Shown: positions 36,801 to 50,223 of the stretch, piece after piece
How positions within the stretch are numbered: position 1 is the first letter of the stretch
Layout of the letters: every line of letters begins with the position of its first letter
DNA from: Massalongia carnosa
Lineage: Eukaryota
Direction: 5' to 3'
Assembly: GCA_965645245.1 (NCBI GenBank)
Contig: OZ287072.1
Span: 2,108,001-2,172,000 of the forward strand
DNA length: 64,000 nucleotides
The notes under the pieces: generated by a model
Database searches by the model: none
Seen by the model: only the letters and a program-made list of their open reading frames with translations
Told to the model about the DNA's origin: nothing
Position numbers and translations under genes: made by a program

Positions 36801-38253
36801 AAGCCGCAAACTGTAGAAGCCATCAAACATGCTAAAGGCGCAAAGGTCCCGATCATTGTGGCTGTCAACAAGATTGACAAGGAAGACGCCAATGTAGAAC
36901 GTGTGAAGCAGGACCTTGCAAGGTATGGTGTAGATATTGAAGACTTCGGAGGAGACACCCAGGTGGTCTGTGTCAGCGGAAAGACCGGTCAAGGCATGGC
37001 AGAATTGGAAGACGCAGCGATTGCTCTGGCAGATATTTTGGATATGCGCGCAGAGACCGATGGCCCAGCTGAAGGTTGGGTGCTTGAAGCCACTACAAAG
37101 AACAGTGGCCGTATTGCCACCGTGTTAGTTCGACGTGGCACGTTGAGGCCTGGCGATGTCATCGTCGCAGGCTCCACGTGGGCAAAGGTACGCTGTCTTC
37201 GGGACGAAGCTGGCATGCATGTTTCTGCTGCTGGGCCTGGTACCCCAATAGAAGTCGATGGTTGGAGAGAACAACCTACTGCCGGGGATGAAGTCTTACA
37301 AGCTCCGGATGAACAGAAGGCAAAGTCGGTCGTTCAGCATAGAATTGAGGCTGCAGAACGTAATAAAATGGCCACCGATATGACTGCCGTGAATGAAGCT
37401 CGCCGACTCGAGCAAGAAAAGCGCGAGCTAGAGAAAACAAATGAACAGCAGCTGGCTGAAGCTGAAACTGGAGTGACTCCTTCCCCCTCAAACCTAGTGC
37501 AATCTTCTCCAGGAGTCAAAGGAGTTTTTTTCCTCATCAAAGCCGACGTCAGCGGCTCCGTCGAAGCCGTTCTAAACAGCATATCCGCTCTGGGTAACTC
37601 GGAAGTCCACCCGCATATCATCCGCTATGGCGTAGGCCCTGTGACAGAATCTGACATCAACCATGCTGCCGTCGCAAAGGGCCATATCATTTCCTTCAAC
37701 ACGGTCGTTGACCCCCAAATGGCGCGCATGGCAGAGGCTATGGGGGTGCAGATCTTGGATCAGAGCATAATCTACCGGCTTGTGGATGATGTCAAGGCAA
37801 AGCTTTCGGAGCAGCTGGCTCCGACCGTGACGCAGAGGGTGCTGGGCGAGGCTGAGGTTGCGCAAGTTTTCCAAATCAATGTGCGGGGACGGCTCTTGGT
37901 TCCGGTTGCCGGGTGTAGGGTTCGCAATGGGCTGATGAGTAGGAACGCAAAGGTCCGGGTGCTGAGAGGGAAGGAAACGGTATTTGAAGGTATTTTTTCC
38001 CGCAGCCTCTTCTATTTTTCTTCGAAGCCTTACCAACCCCTCCCTTCACCCTAAAAAGCGCATCGAATGGGCTAATAAAACGTAATGTATTAATTTTCTA
38101 GGTTCCTTTTCCTCCCTCAAAAACGCTAAGAAGGACGTAACCGAGATGCGCAAAGGCAACGAGTGCGGCATCTCCTTTGACGGCTGGACCGCCTTCCAGA
38201 TCGGCGATCAGGTGCAGTGTTATGAAGAGAAGGTTGAGAAACGCTTTCTTTAA
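33890..38253 (+). CDS. IFM1: Mitochondrial translation initiation factor IF-2, ~1399 aa, 3 exons (33890-33910, 33963-37989, 38102-38253)
   Basis: [55 protein letters not shown] and the C-terminal [21 protein letters not shown]. The N-terminal extension is very long. Confidence 0.95.
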
Positions 38254-38279
38254 TCCGCATGCACGCACATGGAGGAGGA

Positions 38280-39170
38280 GGCAGGAGGGTTGGAATTGGG
38301 GATATGCGATAGCTTAGTAGGAAGTTATGTATATAGGTGGAGATAGGGGGTCATGTGTAAATAGGTGGAGAGAGAGAGAAAGGGCGGGGAGGTGGGAGAG
38401 TGGTTTCTGTCTGTTCTAATAACTTCAATCAACTCTTGCAATAGGTGTGCATAGTTCAAAAGGAGAAGGTTCTTATTACCCTTTGCTCCTATTAATAGAA
38501 TCTCCCCTTTCGTTCCTCCCCCCCCTCCCAAAAATATCTCCCTTCCCCTCCTCCTCTTCCCTAGTCCTCCCCCCTTCCGATGCGTGCCGGGCCGTTTTGT
38601 GGGCATAAAGCACGGAAAGGAAAGAGGAACAGTAACAGCGAGGACAAGGGCGAGGGATCTGAACCGGGACTAGTACTGGAACTGGAACTTTAAGGGGGAT
38701 AGAAAGATACATAGGGATATAGTGGGATTGATCGTGGTTTCAACATAGCTTGGTTAATTAGTTAGCCATTTAACTGGAAACTTCTTTGATGGAACGTCCT
38801 GACTAATTTATTTACCTAGACTTTCTGATTTTCTGATTGGCCGGCTACCTGCTGATCGATCCAAGGTAGATAGTTTAGGTACATAGGTAGAGTACTCTAA
38901 AACCAAAAGTAAACTCACCCACCCACTACACGCGGAATTCTGGTCTTGATCCTGATCCCCAAACCCCACATCCTGAGCTTCCTAGGGAACCCTAGTTTTC
39001 TGAACTGTTGGATGGGGGCTAGCTCTTTGTTGATAGTGGGGGTAGGAAAGGAGAAGAGAGAGAAAAAAAATCCAACGTAACAGCCAGCAAAAGCCAGTCG
39101 CAGGGATGGCTGATTCTTTGACGGGAAAGGAGAAGGAATAAATGAAGAATGGTTGAGCACTTGAAAAAAG
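38280..39170. repeat. Low-complexity intergenic tract between convergent genes
   Basis: (GA)n, C-rich and G-rich blocks, short tandem motifs. Confidence 0.55.
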
Positions 39171-39184
39171 CCTGATAGAGGAGT

Positions 39185-40070
39185 TCACGCCCGAGGAACG
39201 TGTTGCGTGCCCCGCAACGTCGCCGCCAACTCCTCGCCGCTGGACCGTTTCGCTCTGCCCCTCTTTCCGCCACTTCTCTTCTTCTTCTTCTTCGTCGCAC
39301 TCGAGCTCTTTTCCCCGTACCAGATCTCGGCTGGCTCGAGGGTGGAGGTGGAGCTAGGCTCTATTGTTGCGGGCTCGTCGTCTTCGTCGACGTCATCGTT
39401 ATCGTCATCGTCATCGTCATTGTCGGGGTTACGGCTTCCCGGGGTGATGGGCGCTTGAGTGCCGTTGTGGGGGCGGTTGGGAAGGCTGGGGAAGAAGAAC
39501 GATTTTAGGGCTGGGTTGGTGGATGTGTAGGTCCAGAGGGCGGGGTTGGGGACGTAGCGCGCGATGGAGGCGTCTGGGAGGGAGTGTTGGTGTTGGAGGC
39601 CGAGCCAGAAGGTGGTGAAGGCTTGGGAGGTGAGGATCTGGGGTTTTTGGGGGTGATGGGGGTTAGCTTGGAATTCTTGAATGGGGAAATGGATGAAATT
39701 TAAAATAAACGAGGGAGGTGAAGGCGGAAGGGCCGCGATAGGTGTAGGAAGATATTGATATGTTACAGGCGAAACGATACAAGAGAGAGAGCCTGCAAGC
39801 TGAGTCCCGAAAGAAAAAACATAAGCCTGCCTAGGAAAGACTTACAGCATCGTACCATGAGACTTTGTACTCGATCGGGAAGGAAGCCTTGTCAAGCTCG
39901 CGAAGAATCATAAGCTCAACGCTAGCGCGTGAAATCTTGAAGGGTATGTCGGCAGCTATTTTGCTCTTAACGTGATCATTAGCCGTAGCGATGTAGAGCT
40001 CCACGATTCCCTATGAAAAAGATTAACCGTAGGCCATAGCCAGGTTGTGAATGGAATTATTCACAGGCAT
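39185..40070 (-). CDS. Hypothetical protein, ~207 aa, 3 exons (40070-40065, 40010-39846, 39637-39185)
   Basis: Exons 2 and 3 are stop-free and joined by GTAAGT..GCTAAC..CAG. Product GIVELYIATANDHVK...VSWYDA|ILTSQAFTTFWLGL..., a poly-Asp tract, then KKKKKRSGGKRGRAKR. The first micro-exon (MP) has a weak donor. Confidence 0.65.
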
Positions 40071-41186
40071 CTTTGGTACAGTAGATGTAGATAAGTAGGA
40101 TGATGTTAATCTGCGAGGGATGATGAGATCTAGAGCGAGTTGAGGCTAAAGCAAGCAAAGTAGACAAGTATGGGTTTTTTGGTTGATAGACAACAGCCTT
40201 GTCCGGGTCCGTTGATGTATGCTAAGATTCTATGTTGATAGCCTCGAAGTATTTTGATCTGATGCGAGGCCTGCTGTCCAGCGTCTGTCTGTGACCATGA
40301 TAACTCTAGTTGCCAATAAACTTAGATGTTTAGGACTATAGTTCTTTAACTAACAGGTTATGTATTAGATGAATAGAGTATGAAGGAGATTCCATGCCCA
40401 GGTTTTATTCACAGGGTTAGTATTCACGGCAGCAACTGCTTGCGCCCAGACGTCTCCATGGAGACGAAAGATGTCTAGAAAATTTGTTCGCATTCATTGA
40501 AGCCTGCCAAGCCATGACTCGTAGATTCTCATAAGATGATCGATCTTCAATTAAACCAAGGATTGATATCAAGATCTGTAAAATTGAATGACCCCCGGGG
40601 GGGAGGTTAGATCGTCTCTACATGATACGGGGCATAACTGTAACAGACTATCTAGGATAACAGAAAATATCGGCGCTCAGACAGCTACGAAGCGTGAAAA
40701 AACATCCAAGGAGCTAAGTGAGAAAGGTTATCCTAGACGTCTCAGAGAGATAGCTTCTATCCTGGGACATATTGGCAATATTTAGGAAAGGTGCAGCAAT
40801 GAATAGAAGACAGAACGGCGACCAGTTATACAAAGGCTTGGTTGAGACCGAATCTGCTGCTGGTCTAGAGGGGAGAATATCGGCATATTAGATGCTACTC
40901 GGTACAAAGGAATAACAACCAGCCAGCAACGATGCTTGTTATTGCTAAATGACTTTTTTGGTTATTTGCAGTCCCCATATCGCCAGAATGCGTAGAAGCC
41001 CTCTAGAATTGAATAGACCATGAGCAACCGAGCGGGAAACGGAAAACGGAAAATGATAATACTTCCATAAGCGAAGTGTTCGGTGCTTGTATGCAATAAA
41101 GCACAACAAAGCTTCAGCTTCTAGGGAAAGAACACCAAAACATCAAGTATGTCCAATCAAAGCCCGATCCAAAGCAAACTCACCTA

Positions 41187-41996
41187 TCATTTCGCCTTCC
41201 ATCTTACTCTCCCCACCCATTCCGCCCACGCCCTCACATCTTCCCTTTCAAGCAATCTCTCCACACTCCACCAATCTTTTGCTAGCTCCTCGTTGCTAGC
41301 TATTCGATGCACAAATCTATGGCAAGCCCCACAGAGCCAGGCCACGCTGTTCAGCTTCCATTCTTCATGCCAACCCCTCTTTATTACTTTTGCATGCATC
41401 TGCCTGGGGATGAGGTGATGGTACGTCAAGTTTATCCAGCTACGGTCGCAGATTTCGCAAGCTGACGCACGCGTGCTAGACCATGGAGGAGGTGGAGTGG
41501 TGACACTGGAAATATAAGGATTGAGGAGGGAAGCGAGAAAATTGGGGAGAAAGGATGGATCAGGTATGAGAGCGTAGGTCACAAGGGAATCGGGGATAGC
41601 GAGGGGTATAGTAGTGACGATAGGGTCTAGTGTGGTGGGTGAGATTGGATCAGTATATTTCTCGGCTAGGCGAGGATCATCTTGTGTGGCTTGGTAGGAA
41701 AGTGTTTGAAGGTCTTGTGGAAGGGACGAGAAGGTTTCCATGGCTATATACTGGTACTGTTAGTTAGACAACCTCAATCATTGGAAATGCAAGCTCCGTA
41801 CCTCTACAAATTCTGTTAAATCCTCTGCGTCATCCTTAACGTCCGCAAGTGGATCGGCAGTGCCTGATTGGGTGCCAGATTTCTTGCGACCTCTGGCAGC
41901 CTTTCTTCCCACTGGTTTTGACGAAGTGATGAGCAGCTTCTGAACGATTGGCCCTGAGACGCAATCTCGAAAAGATTCATAATTGCTCTGATCCAT
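41187..41996 (-). CDS. Conserved fungal protein with C-terminal YisB-like HNH zinc-binding domain, 2 exons (41996-41802, 41750-41187)
   Basis: ACEICDR...LTYHHLIPR...WLCGACHRFVH. Intron 41801-41751 keeps frame. Alternative start at 42008. Confidence 0.85.
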
Positions 41997-43259
41997 GACA
42001 GCTTGCATGAGGACGCGTATAGATTAACAACTTTGTTCGGCTGAATGGGTTTAAGGTGGTCATTGAAACTGACGCCAAGGATTATCCGCAGAAAACTCAC
42101 TGTAAAGTATTTGTGGGACAGAATATTGATGATGGAAGACCTTGATTTGCTACAACAGAATTTTCGGCTGACTATATACAATGGGTAGGGCTGAGCACGT
42201 GAGATCAAGCTCGCTTAGTAGATATACCAAGTCTGTACATACTCTGTGCGAAGGGCTAGTAGATCACTTATACGGCATTTTCAAGTTGCTTTTTCCTAGG
42301 ATATGTATGAGAAATGGTCGAAACTGTGGCGTTAATTACTATGAATCGATTGCCTTCATCGACTCAGTCTCTTGATTAAAGCCACCAGCTTTCACAATGA
42401 TAGATTTTGTTTTGCCGCTCTATGAAGGCGAAATCAGGTTACTTATACATGAGGTTCTTCACGTCAGGAAGTTGTTTCAAAGTTTCTTTTACAGATAAAA
42501 CTTTCCAATGGAAAAAATTAACGATTCCATGAATCACCGAGGAGAGAGCGGTTCCACAGTCCAACTACAGGCCCTCGCCTAAACTTGAAAAGTTACGAGA
42601 TAGACAAATGATCTACTTAAGCCCTTTTGAGGTATATCTATCAATGATCTTGCGATTAGCATCGTCGCTTTGACTGTGTTCTCAGACATGGTACACCTAA
42701 TTTTTTAACTGTATTCCTCATGTTTCAAGTCTCTAGGAATAGCAGAAGGCATCGGCCTAGGGCGTAGTGGCAACTCTTCACTCTTATCCATATGTGCCAT
42801 TTTTTCTGGTCCCATTCACGTCTTTCTCGAAGTTCCTTTGCAGCTATTGCTACAACTGTCGTTGAGGAGTCCAAGGGGCGCTGGAATATCGTACATATGA
42901 GCAGACAATTTAAATAATAGTTCCAATTTACTAGCTGTTTGATATTGTTGAGGGCGTCCTCTGTGACGGAGATCATAATTCTGGAGCCACCGCAGGTGAG
43001 TAGTGCCCTTTCCTGCCATGTTTCTCGTGTCTGGGCGCTGGATCTTCTATAAGAAGCCATTCACAGAATACCCTAAAACATTCCAGTGACAGGCTAGATT
43101 CCTGAAATAATAACAGTAAGAGCACTCGCCATTTCGGTAAAGCATGGTGAAGCGTGAAGTGGTGAGCTTTCTGCCACTCCTGCGCCTCGTAACCCGCCCC
43201 TGGCCCGACAAGGGGTAATATGGCTATAAAGATCCACAGCTGTCCGGTGAGGAGAGAAG

Positions 43260-44455
43260 AATCATCAATATATCCAGCTGACAAACCTTCCGCTCGTTGC
43301 TATAATTGCTCCATTAATATATCTTTTCCAACCTCTTCAGAGATCGTACTTATCAAGACTCCGTCCGCCCCAAAAAATCAGACGGGTCATATAATCCAGG
43401 TAGCCTCTTTAGATTCTTTTACGAGCTATGGAACAGCGGGTATATACACTTCAATGTGAGTATGCTTGCATACAGGCAATGTCAGAAACGCCAACTCTAG
43501 CTCGTAGGGATTATCGAAATGAATTCGGATACGGAACAGATTTCTAGTCTCGAAAATGATGCGGAAATGGAACAGTGTCTTATTAGTGAGTTTTAGTTTG
43601 GTTTCCGAGATGTGACATGGGAGATACTGGTAATAACTCGGTATAGCCCATGAGCTAAGGACAGAGTATGAACAGCAGGTGAGGGAGTTTCAGGATGTAC
43701 TTGAAATCACTGCCCCCGAGTACGGCCAAGAAGTGGCGATAAACAGATACAATCTTGGGAAATTAAAGATTCGGCTTCCTCATTTGAACAGGGCAGAATG
43801 GAGTCGCGTAACGCAGTATCAACGTTGGAACGTAGAGTCACGTTCCTCCCTTCTTTTATTGTTGGACTACCATGATTTATTATCCGATCAATATTCCTGG
43901 GCTTCGTTGTCCGCTATGGAGCTTGCCGGAATTATGACGAGAGTCGGCGACGTTCTAGAGCGAGAAAGAGAACCTAGGTGCCATATTCTATGGCATTTCT
44001 TTCAAGGCAAGCAGGGTTCTAAAGAAAGGTCTCCCGAAAAAGTCCTAAAGAACCTCGTCTATCAGCTGGCGGTGTCATCACGGAGGCCTATGTGTGCAGA
44101 GGCCTTTGAGGCTTGCAAAAGCGTTTTTCGGTGTGATGACTGGGTGGCGGGCGACATTGAGAGCATAACCAACGCTTTCCTAGGAGTCCTAGATATCGTG
44201 GGCAGAGGCACGAGGATCGGTATTGTGCTTGATAGGATCGATCTGTGCGACGATAGCAGAACGCTTATGATCCAGATGCTGAAAATTATCGCGAGCTCAA
44301 GAGATGAACACGTCGTCAAGATAATGGTGGTAGCTCACGAGAAGACATGGGATGTTAAAGACCCTGAAAACTTACCTACGGCAATCTCAGGGTTTCGGGA
44401 GGGTGATTTGGAGACAATTAGCCTGTTTCATAACGGAAAGGCGGAGATGATTTAG
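43260..44455 (+). pseudogene. Degenerate NACHT/NPHP3-N-like P-loop domain gene; upstream part disrupted
   Basis: The last exon (~43647-44455) has YQRW...SSLLLL, ILWHFF, EKVLKNLVYQL, Walker-B-like IGIVLDRIDLC and VKIMVV, but no Walker A. A probable intron lies at ~43586-43646. The upstream frame contains TAA/TAG stops. Confidence 0.55.
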
Positions 44456-47400
44456 TGGCTTATCAGTTTTAACATTCGGATTCTCCTTTTGATGGAGCGT
44501 GTACTTTGGACTGATTTGGATTTGGTTGTCAATAGAGCAAGAGTTTAGTGTAAACCTCTTTATTAGAGAAATTAATAAAAAGCTTTCTATATTTCAGGTT
44601 TAGTAACTTCGATATAAAATGGAGTCTCCGGTTTCTTTTTTATCCGCCATAGAGTCAATAATCTTAGTACCACATGGCGATTGGTTCTTCCGTAGCCAAG
44701 CTAGGGTGATATAAGTTCTTATCCTGACTGGGCTGAAAAAGAAAAACAGGATATGAGTAGGACCAAAATTCTGCTATGCAAAAAGGATCCTCCAGCCGAA
44801 CTCAATCCTTTGAAAAATCTCGAAAGCGCAAAGCTCCTAGACGCAACTTTACCTGTCAAATCTGTTAGATTAATGCCTCCATCAAGATTTTCAACTCCTT
44901 TTCACTAAAATACGATAGGAAATCAGTAAGCGATTTCTATTTGATGATCCGAAAAGGAGCGCTCCAGAATGGCAGATAAATAAGTGTGCTAGAATTGAAA
45001 AAGAAACGGTAGCTCGAAATATTAATTTCTATAGATAACTATCGAAATGCAAGAAAGCAGGGAATTCGAAGATGACCATGCCAATGATAAGTAGCATCCC
45101 TTCGTCCAGACCAAAGCTGAACTGTGTCTAGCAATGTATGGAAAAGGAGAGATGTAATTAGGTCGAACGAGTATCGAAAAGGGCTGGACAGCGAAGCCAG
45201 GAACAACCAGGCAAAAGATCTCTGTTGATCATCCAAAATCTGCTCCTACCTATAGGTGTTCTGCCCAGACCGTCCGAGTTCTAGGAAAGCGTGTTTTCAT
45301 CACATCATTCCAGCTTCTTCTATTACTTGCGTGGGAACATGGTCCAAGCAAGTGGAGAAGCAACGTATAACGATTGCAAAGCCTAATCCGAGAGCAAGGA
45401 ATGGAAGTAAAAGACTATCGTTTGGCTGATAACTAGGTACCCATTTAGATCATGTCAATAGATTGACAGATGTCGTATCAGTCTGATGGAAATCGTCATT
45501 GGTAAACTGATTCTAGGCCATTTAGACTATCCCGCTATCCGTACACCGATTTTTAGTAACCCAACTCAACCGGCTGGAGACTTTCATCTCTCCCGTCGTC
45601 AACAGCATCTCCAAACCTCCAACTGATGGACTGTTCTATTGTTTTCTTGATTTTCTACTTGCTTTATTCTTCAGTGTATACGGACTGATCAAATATATAG
45701 GGCAACGATGTATTTCGACCTTTTGCCGTCGAAAACGTGATCCCAGTAGTCGTCACGTTGGCAGATCAAAAGACCTTATTTAATAGAACACCCCAGACAC
45801 CGTTTCAGAAGAAATGCAACAGAAGAGATAAGAGTTAGGTAAATGGAGCTGTTCGTTTTCAGATTTGAGTACTTGGCCTCATTAGTACGTTCCGGTGGGT
45901 GACTGAAAACCTTCGAGAGAGCAATTACCAACAGCGACACTTTACGCAAAGTTGCAGCTCTTACCACTAACCATTCTCGAAGCTTAACCGCCAGAATGAA
46001 GTAAAATTCATAAGATTCAATTTGTATGAATTGAGACATAAGCGAAAGCAGGAAGCCGCGTGGTTAAGCCCCGTCTTATAAGAGGTAAGAATTACCTTTT
46101 TTCCGTCAATCTCTTCTTAGACTCCCTATAAGATGCTCTTTACTATGGCCAGGCGATGACGGTACAGGCCCAGAAGGCTTTGAATGGAAGTGATAGTTGG
46201 TTTTTTCTGGTAATGAAAGTTGTGAAGGGGCACTCTTAAGAGCAAACGGCGGGTGAAGATGTTAGCGCAAAGAAACGGGTGCGCGCATTCTAGTGACTGA
46301 GACCTTCACCATACACAATCGTTCACGGTTACTAGTCCTTTTAAGGCATTCTCTGCAATAAATAGTTCCACCTCTCAGCCATGTTCCTTCGTCCATCCAT
46401 ACTCTCTAACCCAATCTCTTTTTCTTGGCCTCCATCTTTGTCTTCTGTTCCCTTTCATCTAGCTATTTTTTCATGTATGGCATTCTATCCCAGGCTTATT
46501 CCGCAGTCTTCTTTGCCTGCTAAGGATCTACTTTATTTAAGATAGCAGCCTTAATTTGCGTCCTTCTTGTGGTTGTCCATAGCTTTGGCTCCATAGAATC
46601 TAACCGCATACCTCACCTAATTTCTTCTTTCCTTCTCGGAATCGTTCTCCTTACGTGAATATCGTGATGTATTCATAGCCTCACTAAAAAGGGAATATTA
46701 AAGCGATACTAGCGCCAGCGTAGGTTAACTCCAGTTCCTGTTCTGAAGGGAGAAATTTTCCTCTTCTGTCTGGTATCCCTATTCAAATCACGCTGACATG
46801 ATTAAGACAGTGTTCGAAGCATCTCAATCAAAATCTCCTCTTTTCTCTTAATGTGGCCACTCTGGATTGTCGTGTCCAGATATCAAATAGTCCTGGCTTT
46901 TTTATGAATCTCCTACATCATTCTTCTTGATGAGCTTGAGATCTTATCACATTATTCTCGAGAAACAGCCAAGGAGAGTCCGCGATTTACTAAGCCATGT
47001 AAGTTCTGTAACTTATTTCTCTAAATACCCTGCTAGTACCCCCCTAAGTGTGCCGCGGAGCAATGTTGGAGCTGGGCTTAATCGTTTAGTAGGAAGACAC
47101 CTTCGCTTCAGGCTCTGATCAAGAATTTTCCCGCGGCCTCTTACAAGTTCCGAACCATAGACATACAATTTGTCAGACCCAAACCATTTCCTAAGGCTTT
47201 TCAGGAATCCAGCCACTAGATGTGTTCCTAACCCTAAATTCAGCTCATCTCTAGATATATCCAACCGAAAATTGTATAGGCCACGCGCAGCACATAATTT
47301 ATCAACATTGCTTGAACCATCAAAGACTTCATAAGCAAATCGCTAGCCTAGCAACTCGACTTTCAGGCAAGACACTAGAAAAGCTAAGGAAGTAACTTTA

Positions 47401-49986
47401 GTCCACGCTTTACCTTTTCACAAGCATGGTAGGCTACCATGTGGTCGTTGAAGCAGTCAAGACAGGAATTGGTCCTTCAGCTTCCATTTTAAGCAGAGAT
47501 GATCCATGGCGACCATTGAGATTAAATGTTTAGGACCTTCTTGACGACTGCAGCAATAATACAGGTAGCCCCGCTCAACTCCAGGGTACAATCAGGGGCT
47601 ATTTATAATGGATTTTCATAACGGGAGACCCTGTTGACCAAATATAGGGGTTATTTTGGACTCGAAAAACTATTCGAAAGTATGAAGTGGACTAAGAGAT
47701 TTTACTTTAGAGGAGGCAATGAACCATTAAGAAAATGAGCGGATCTGCATCACACTCGCCGCCTTGGGATCCCTTAACTATAAACTTCGAGGGATCGGTG
47801 CAAGTATGAGACCCGGAAATCTCAAAGCGTTAGCTTTATGTTGTTTCATCACTTATCGATTCGTCGTCCCATGCCCGAAACCTTCTTTGATCTGGCTTCC
47901 AAGGGTTCGTTGATTCTTTCTTTCCTATTTTAAACTCCTCGCGTTCTGTCCTTATCCACCCCAAAGGGCCAGGGCGCTCTTTCAAGTGCCTTTCGACACC
48001 CGTGATCTCCAGTTAGACATGACGGAACTCCACCATATTGATTTAGAGTATGGTGGCGCTTGTATTGTTCTGGAATAGAGAACTCACTTACCTTGCCTGG
48101 TTCTGTGCGGAGACAAAGTTTTGATCTATCTTACGGAAGCATTAGCAGTATGCTCTGAAGGAGGTTTACGCAACACCATCAGAGCCAAGGCGGGGTCATC
48201 CATGAAAACAAAGTAGATAGTTGAACTAGCCTGGAAAGCATCCCCCTCGATGTGAGTGGTTTGATCTATCAAGGAATACTTTTGTGCCACATCATTCATA
48301 GCAGGCTTGGAGTTGGCTAAGCGCGCCAAGAAAAACTGAAAACTTCCTGCTTGAAGAATCGGTCTTGCCAAGGCAAATCGCGAACATTCCAGCGACCCTA
48401 TTCTGATATCAGAATGTATAGGGATAATCTTAACCAGTTTGGAACATCACAGTCCAAAAGGAGTCCATTTTCTTTATTTTTGATTGAGTTAAAAAGTCTA
48501 TAGTTCATGCTTCTTCCTGGCTGCTTTGGAGTTGTCAATTGCGATTTCAAGGCTCCGCCGTCACGCTTCTAATATGTTAACTCCGCCAGTCCAAAAATAT
48601 CAAGCTACTTAATAATATAAACCTTCAACAGGGCTTATATACTCCTTTCTGGGGCTGCTCTTCTGGGCCTGCCCTTAACCGCTCAGAAACCCTAAGTCCC
48701 CGAAGCTCTAGTCCATGGCTAGGCCGCCGATTTAACGAGTTAATTGATGTAGGCCCCTTTCTTAGTCTATTATACATGCAATACTCAAAAACATCTTGTT
48801 CTTTGTTTTGAGCCCGAAAAATTCTTACATGCCAATATATACTATAGAAAGTTCTGGATGTCATCGAGAGTGTAGCGGATTTTGAAAATATGGAAAAGAC
48901 AATATAACTTCGTCTTGCACCATGCTCAGCTACTTGGCTTCCGTAGACCTCAGGAGGGCAATACCTCCCCACTCCTTGCTATAATATCGGCCAAAGAACC
49001 CTCCGAAGGGTCTCGCACCTCAGGCCCCAAGATCAAGGCTAAAAAGCAAACAGAGGCCCGGAAAGGCTGCAGGAAAAAGGTGAAGGAACTTAAGAAGGCC
49101 CTGTTCGGGCATCTTCAAGCCCTTGCTAACAGCGATCATTCAGGATCACCTTCGCGCGCTCAACTTGCGCCTACTCGCCAAAACCCGCAGTCATGAACAA
49201 TACAAGAAGATGTTTGCGGCTTTGAAGGACTTATAAATGGCGTTGTGGGCATGGCACAACTACATCAACAATCGTGGGAATCCATATGTTCCGTATGGTC
49301 CCATGCTAAACCGTGCCCAAGTGGTTCGTAACAATTTGTTCATATTGTTTCGCACTCCCATGGTATCGTACTCTGTCGACGTAAAAAAACTACATGTCGA
49401 ACTGGCTCATGACGGATGGTTGAATCAATCATATCAAGAGAATTGTCAGTTTCACAGGCTTGACGCCAAACGCTTCGACGGCTTCCTTCACGTGATGAGT
49501 CATGCGCTGCGCGGCGGTTTGAAGTCGAAGGTCTTCAAGATAAAAATAGGTCGTGAGTCTGGTTAAGTCTGATTTCGAAGAAAAGGAATAACCAGTGAAA
49601 GAGAGGATGACTTCTGACCGTGGGTACAAGCTAAAGTGAAAGGCAGAAGGGTATTAGAAAGTTTCCTTCGTCCTGGCCTTGATAATCGCGAACGACTTTC
49701 GGCTATTTTCGCGGACACATTAGTGAAAATCGAGCTAACCATGATCATTGATCTATATGCGATCACTTGAACGCTACATTAATTGTGTAACGTTCAAGCC
49801 ACTCCCGCCCAGAACGTCGCAGATCTCAAAAACCAGCCCAACGCGTTTAATCTTATGTGCTTTTGCGAGCCTACTTATCCCCAGCTATCCCCCCTACTGC
49901 TGAAATAAGATCTTACGCGTCTTCCCCATTAGAAGCTCATGTTGGAGTACTATTACAGTCCTACCAGCACTTGCCCTAGGCATGGA

Positions 49987-50223
49987 CCATGCTTCCTATC
50001 AAGTTATGAGCACCGGGCCAAGTAATTTATCGAGCTAATTACTCGAACCTTACCTGCGCACACCCTTCAGCCCCCCCCCTTCTTTCCTCATATGGCCAGA
50101 GACAGAAAGAGAGCCAGAAGGGAAGTCCAAGGAGAACTCTTAATACAATAAACCATCGCTTCATTAGATAGCGAACCATGAACTCCATGCTTCCTATCAG
50201 GTTATGAGACCGGTTCCTATCAG
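49987..50223 (+). mobile_element. Copia-type LTR 3' end / internal-region junction relics (duplicated)
   Basis: CCATGCTTCCTATCA(A/G)GTTATGAG..CCGG at ~49988 and ~50185. CA|GGTTATGAGC is typical of fungal copia LTR junctions. Confidence 0.45.

Noticed and set aside
40560..40960. Coding-like fragments between the orphan and HNH genes
   Set aside because: Short, interrupted and without recognisable motifs.
46860..47020. Possible protein-kinase catalytic-loop relic on the minus strand (FLENNVI..DLK)
   Set aside because: Needs frameshifts, and no other kinase motifs could be found.
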